A stretch of DNA of 64,000 nucleotides, taken from NCBI GenBank assembly GCA_019057815.1, contig JAHLWR010000006.1:32001-96000 (forward strand). Reading direction: 5' to 3'. The notes under the pieces were generated by a model. It was not told the origin of the DNA. It did no database searches and saw only the letters and a program-made list of their open reading frames with translations. This DNA comes from Candidatus Heimdallarchaeota archaeon (GTDB lineage Archaea; Asgardarchaeota; Heimdallarchaeia; Heimdallarchaeales; Heimdallarchaeaceae). The position numbers were made by a program, and so were the translations under genes. Of the stretch, positions 59,779 to 64,000 are shown one piece after another. Each line of letters begins with the position of its first letter. Positions within the stretch are counted from its first letter, which is position 1.

Positions 59779-59887
59779 TTATTATGTTATTTCTTCTAAC
59801 ATAACATAATAACTTTATGTTAGTTTTCTCTGTGGTAGCTTTCTTGAAAACCAATTTTTCAAAAAAATCTCACTCAATTTTGAGTGA
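59779..59887. promoter_or_regulatory. Cluster of inverted repeats upstream of the MHD-like gene
   Basis: TTATTATGTTAT (59779-90)/ATAACATAATAA (59801-12); TCACTCAA-tt-TTGAGTGA (59870-87). Confidence 0.45.
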
Positions 59888-60133
59888 AGGACTATAACAT
59901 CTGTTGGATATTTTTTCAATAAAATTTTAGTATATCATTGAAAGTATATGCTTCAAATCTTTCTTTACATTTAGGTAAAAATAGCTTTTTACCTTCTTGA
60001 TAGTACTTGTTACTAGAAAAAAAACAACAGATAAGTTGGGGAAAAAAGGGACCTAATCTTCTAATAGACTTAAATGAGAGATCAAGAACAATTGGAAAAT
60101 GCGATTTTTGTAAGGTAAAAAGAGGGAAACATG

Positions 60134-61033
60134 TTAAAGCTTCAAAGCCTCTTCAGCTATTTTTACTGGTTCATTTTCCAATTTTACATTATCTGTTATC
60201 AGCAAATCTTCTACATAATAAACTGTCCCATGAATTTTAGTATTGGGACCTAATTTTACAATCTTACCTTTGACATCTCTTTCTACGTATATATCATCAA
60301 TTTCTACTTCGTTTTGAGCGAAAATATTACCCTCAACAGTTGAAAGTTCTCTTCGTCTAAAAAGTCTTATCTCAAATGCAAATCTCTTTGATTTAAAATA
60401 GACATTTTCACCCACAACATCACCACTAATTGTAGCTCTTCCTGTTATGTCAATAGTTTTCTGTGAAACTAAGTTACCTTCAATAGTAGATGCACCTGAC
60501 AGAGTGACGCCATTTATTGCTTGAACGTTGTCTTCACACTTGAATGAGCCAGATGCTTTCAGGTGACCTTGAGCTATTATCTCACCAACAACTTTTGCTT
60601 CTCCGCTAAAGATTGCATCCTCATCTGTATGAAGAAAGTCTTCACACTTGAATGAGCCAGATGCTTTTACTATTCCATGAGCAGTAATGCTTCCCGTACT
60701 TTTTACAGCTCCTGCGCATTTGATAGACTTACATTCAATATCACCATCAATTTTTCCAGCTCCGGCTATGCGAATATCTCTCATCATCTTACCCCCCGGT
60801 ATTTTTGCAGATCCAGAAACCGATAAAGAATCCGGTGTGAGTGTTTGGGAGCCAGCCACTTTGATCTGTGGAGCTCTTTCCAATTCTTCAAAATTAGTTT
60901 GTGCGTCTTCCAATTTCTTCTCATATCTCTTTTTTAGCTCATTAAAACTATTATCGTCAATTTCCCCTTCTTTATGTCTCTTTTCGAGGAGTTCTAGTAA
61001 TTCTTTATGCATTTCGATATCGTTTTCACTCAT
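60134..61033 (-). CDS. Bactofilin-like (polymer-forming) beta-helix protein with N-terminal SHOCT-like helical domain
   Basis: LELLEKRHKEGEIDDNSFNELKKRY followed by repeated (I/V)xGx(I/V)xGx(I/V) rungs; GKIVKLGPNTKIHGTVYY. Confidence 0.75.
   Translation of the reverse strand: MSENDIEMHKELLELLEKRHKEGEIDDNSFNELKKRYEKKLEDAQTNFEELERAPQIKVAGSQTLTPDSLSVSGSAKIPGGKMMRDIRIAGAGKIDGDIECKSIKCAGAVKSTGSITAHGIVKASGSFKCEDFLHTDEDAIFSGEAKVVGEIIAQGHLKASGSFKCEDNVQAINGVTLSGASTIEGNLVSQKTIDITGRATISGDVVGENVYFKSKRFAFEIRLFRRRELSTVEGNIFAQNEVEIDDIYVERDVKGKIVKLGPNTKIHGTVYYVEDLLITDNVKLENEPVKIAEEALKL
60530..60667. repeat. Exact 30-nt direct repeat (60530-60559 and 60638-60667)
   Basis: GTCTTCACACTTGAATGAGCCAGATGCTTT twice, 108 nt apart, encoding KASGSFKCED. 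Confidence 0.95.
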
Positions 61034-61155
61034 TTTTATCGCCTCAAGTCTTTTTTATCACCACTTTATATAATATTTTGTTTAATCATTTAACTACACC
61101 CCTAAAATGCTGGGTTGTAAGCTTTAGCTATTCGGTTAATACCAAAAAAATATAA

Positions 61156-61614
61156 ATGATAAAGCTAAAAAAATTAACAATGGTTAGTGAAACTACTTAT
61201 CCTCCCATTGTCGATTTATTATTTTCAATTTTTAGGGATACAACACGTAGAAGAGTTCTTTACCTATTGAATAACATGAAGTTAACAGCTGACGAAATTA
61301 CAAAAGAATTGGGGATTTCAAGACCAGCTGTTGAAAAACATCTAAAACAAATGCTTGATGTAGGTTTAATTGAGAGAAGAGCAGAAACCTTTCCAACCTT
61401 AAAATACCTTTACTCTCTTCCTGCTCACGGAATTGAAATAGTGTCAAACTTAGAAGATGCAATAGATCAATATATTACATCGCTTAAAGAAGAGTATAGT
61501 CGTCGCCTTGAAAATGAAGAACAATTATTCTTACTTGGTCACTCTTCTAAAGATAAGTATGAAGCTATTAAAGTATCATATAATCACATTTTAGAAAAAT
61601 TACAATCAGAATAA
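61156..61614 (+). CDS. ArsR-family wHTH regulator with SHOCT-like C-terminal helices
   Basis: FRDTTRRRVLYLL..TADEITKELGISRPAVEKHLKQM; probable ATG start at 61180. Confidence 0.85.
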   Translation: MIKLKKLTMVSETTYPPIVDLLFSIFRDTTRRRVLYLLNNMKLTADEITKELGISRPAVEKHLKQMLDVGLIERRAETFPTLKYLYSLPAHGIEIVSNLEDAIDQYITSLKEEYSRRLENEEQLFLLGHSSKDKYEAIKVSYNHILEKLQSE

Positions 61615-61645
61615 ATGAAACGATAGCTCAAAAAGGAGGATTATC

Positions 61646-62137
61646 ATGCTTGTTAAATCAAGGAATGTTTTATCTAATAAAGAGAACAAACAACTAGTTG
61701 TTGATTTATTGAATGTGCTTGGAGAACAAGCTCAAACATTTTTTAATAAAAAAGATAAACTTGAAAAAATCAAAACTGATAAAGGTACTTTTGTGGTTAA
61801 AGAAAAAAAAATTTGGTTGTTTCAATGGAAAAACCAATTCTTTCCCTCAATTCATTGTTTACGGGAATCTAAATTATTAGTGCACAAAGTTGTTGTCGAT
61901 GTAGGTGCCATTAAATTTGTTTTAAATGGTGCTGATATAATGTTTCCAGGTATAGTTTATTTTGATGATGTAATTGAGAAAGGAGATTTTGTGGTTGTTC
62001 GTGAAGAGAAAGCAGATACAATAATCGCTGTAGGAATCTCCCTAATATCTCACAAGGATTTCAGCAAAACAAATAAAGGGAAGGCCGTTAGGGTTATAAA
62101 TCACTTAAGGGATGAAATTTGGAATTTCAGGTTGTAA
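61646..62137 (+). CDS. Pre-PUA/PUA RNA-binding protein (archaeal MCT-1/MCTS1-like)
   Basis: VVVDVGAIKFVLNGADIMFPGI, GKAVRVINHLRDEIW. Confidence 0.9.
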   Translation: MLVKSRNVLSNKENKQLVVDLLNVLGEQAQTFFNKKDKLEKIKTDKGTFVVKEKKIWLFQWKNQFFPSIHCLRESKLLVHKVVVDVGAIKFVLNGADIMFPGIVYFDDVIEKGDFVVVREEKADTIIAVGISLISHKDFSKTNKGKAVRVINHLRDEIWNFRL

Positions 62138-62141
62138 TTAC

Positions 62142-64000
62142 CTATCTTAGTCTTATTGTTGAACCATTTTTTGGTGCTAAACTCTCTCTTTTTGCAGCTC
62201 TGTAAACATATGAAGCAAATTTTGTCGTTTTTGATTCCTCACCGTGAAGGATGATGAATCTTTCTGGTTTTGGTGAAACCTTGGCGATGTAGTTCTCTAA
62301 TTCTCTTCTATCACAATGACCTGTAAATCCAGTTATACTATGAATTTTAGCCTGGATGCTGTACATTACAGTTTTTCTATCCTCGATTAGCTGGATTTCA
62401 GTTATTCCTTTCTGTATTCTTCTTCCAAGCGTTCCCTTACCTTGGTAACTCACGAAAATAAGTGCGTTTTTCGGATCCTCACATAGTTTCTTGAAATAGA
62501 AAATACTTGGTCCACCAGATAACATACCACTTGTTGCTAAAATAATAGCTGGATCACCATTTACTATGAGCTCTCTTTCTTCGCTAGACGAAACATGTTT
62601 CATCTGTTCAGCCAAAAATGGATTTTGACCAACATGGAATATTCTTTCACGTAAGGATTTTGAAAGGAACTCTGGGTTACATATTGTTATCGCCGAAGCT
62701 TCACGAACCATGCCATCTGTATATACTGGAACTTGAGGAATATCTCCATTTCTCATCAATTCTTCTATAACAACAATAATCTCTTGTGCTCTTCCAACAG
62801 CTAGCACAGGTATGAGAACTTTTCCTCCACCACTAATAATTTCCTTTATTATGTTCTTCAACTGTTTCTCAGATTCAGACCTAGATGGGAGCACATCTTG
62901 TGGTTTTCCATAGGTAGATTCAATAAATAATGTTTCTAATCGTGGGAATCTAACTGTTGCGGCGTCTAAAAGATTTGATTTTGAAAATTTTATGTCATGG
63001 GCGAAAGCCATGTTATATACTCCTTCACCAATGTGGATGTGAGGAATGGCACTTCCTACTATATGACCAGCATTGTGGAACGTTAATCTTGCATCGGGTG
63101 ATATGTCTGTGACTTCTCCATAATCCAAAACCACAGTATGAAGAACCGCTTCTCTGATATCTCTTTGCATATAAGGGAGAGTTTTTCCTTCTTTTGTTGC
63201 AACATCCAGATAATCGATATGTAACATAGTCATCAAGTCCCTTGTGGGTCTAGTCACATAAACCGGACCTTGGTAACCATATTTAAACAAATAAGGAATA
63301 AACCCTGAATGGTCTAAGTGCGCATGGGATACAACAACTGCCTCCAATAGATCTACATCAAATTCTGGCAAATCAAAACGTGGAAACATATTGTTGGGTG
63401 TGTTGCTGCCTACATTTATTCCACAATCGATTAGTATGTGGCTTTCTCCTGTTTGAATAAGTGAACAACTCCTTCCTACTTCGGAATATCCTCCCAAAGC
63501 TGTTACACGGATGGTATCATCTCGATAAATTGGTGGTCGGTGAATTCGTTTTCCGATATTTCTCAATATTTCTAATCTCTTTTTAGAGTGCTCTTGGAAT
63601 AGATATCTAATTGTTTTGATAACTCTCGATTCAATTGGAGGTGTCCTCATGACTCTTGGGCGCCAAAATGTTTTTGCTATGATTGTTCTTAACATTTCAC
63701 CAGATTTTCCAATTATTACTCCAGGTTTTAATGCCTCGATAATCACTTCTCCAACTATATTGTCAAAATCAATAGAGGTTATGTTTCCTGCTTCTCCAAC
63801 TAACTCATTTATAAGATAAATAGTCTCGTCTTTAGGTAACCTTACACTTGGATCAGAGCGGATAACAATTCTTTTTCTAAGTTGTTTTGCAAGCTCTTTC
63901 ACAATGGTTTCATCATTTACTAACACTCTAGGATTTTTTGAATAAATAGCTACTTCAGGACCTTCAAATTCAATTTGTGTTATCTCTGAATTGTCAGGAA
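62142..64000 (-). CDS. fttA: Beta-CASP ribonuclease aCPSF1 (transcription termination factor FttA); 5' end outside window
   Basis: KH domain (KPGVIIGK), EVGRSC, SHAHLDH, AGHIVG, ESTYG, GHCD; frame stays open to base 64000 (..IEFEGPEVAIY..). Confidence 0.96.
   Translation of the reverse strand, partial: PDNSEITQIEFEGPEVAIYSKNPRVLVNDETIVKELAKQLRKRIVIRSDPSVRLPKDETIYLINELVGEAGNITSIDFDNIVGEVIIEALKPGVIIGKSGEMLRTIIAKTFWRPRVMRTPPIESRVIKTIRYLFQEHSKKRLEILRNIGKRIHRPPIYRDDTIRVTALGGYSEVGRSCSLIQTGESHILIDCGINVGSNTPNNMFPRFDLPEFDVDLLEAVVVSHAHLDHSGFIPYLFKYGYQGPVYVTRPTRDLMTMLHIDYLDVATKEGKTLPYMQRDIREAVLHTVVLDYGEVTDISPDARLTFHNAGHIVGSAIPHIHIGEGVYNMAFAHDIKFSKSNLLDAATVRFPRLETLFIESTYGKPQDVLPSRSESEKQLKNIIKEIISGGGKVLIPVLAVGRAQEIIVVIEELMRNGDIPQVPVYTDGMVREASAITICNPEFLSKSLRERIFHVGQNPFLAEQMKHVSSSEERELIVNGDPAIILATSGMLSGGPSIFYFKKLCEDPKNALIFVSYQGKGTLGRRIQKGITEIQLIEDRKTVMYSIQAKIHSITGFTGHCDRRELENYIAKVSPKPERFIILHGEESKTTKFASYVYRAAKRESLAPKNGSTIRLR

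Noticed and set aside
60530-60667. DGR template/variable repeat or CRISPR mini-array
   Set aside because: Copies are identical (no adenine-specific mismatches), in frame within a coding repeat, only two in number, and there is no reverse transcriptase or cas gene
267-63819. Numerous short antisense or nested ORFs (for example 2319..2726, 14723..15046, 31020..31448, 41485..41850, 53736..54119, 58052..58378, 60007..60240, 60687..61073)
   Set aside because: They overlap well-supported genes on the opposite strand or in another frame, with no motifs of their own
1-64000. CRISPR arrays, rRNA genes, selenocysteine/pyrrolysine read-through or programmed frameshifts
   Set aside because: No regularly spaced repeats, no rRNA-like tracts, and no split genes needing recoding were seen

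Overview
AT-rich, gene-dense chromosomal segment of an archaeon, most likely an Asgard (Heimdallarchaeia-like) lineage. This is inferred from archaeal uS19, eS26, aCPSF1, TrmI/TrmY, BHB-type tRNA introns, and the eukaryote-like Arf, Yip1 and presenilin genes. Most of the window is housekeeping and peptide/amino-acid catabolism: cysS, an opp/dpp BCDF transporter, S9 and M32 peptidases, ilvA, cysK, uvrBC, thiL, eno and an ABC exporter. There are five tRNAs, three with 37/38 introns, and a TnpB remnant; no CRISPR array, rRNA or integrase was seen. The best candidate for an undescribed system is a tight five-gene minus-strand operon (19753-25675). It encodes an Arf-fold pseudoGTPase with all G motifs eroded, a chelatase/MoxR-clade AAA+ ATPase with an NE Walker B, a MIDAS vWA protein, a SpoVR/gluzincin-like HxxxH protein lacking the catalytic Glu, and a HEAT-repeat protein. 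Other notable items: a cytoplasmic protein with a mu/delta-COP homology-like domain (57880-59709); a roughly 310-nt nested multi-helix non-coding RNA candidate upstream of tRNA-Ala (8562-8868); a SHOCT-bactofilin gene divergent from a regulator that also carries a SHOCT-like tail; and an unannotated 55-aa tail-anchored protein. All family assignments come from motif recognition by eye, not from database searches.
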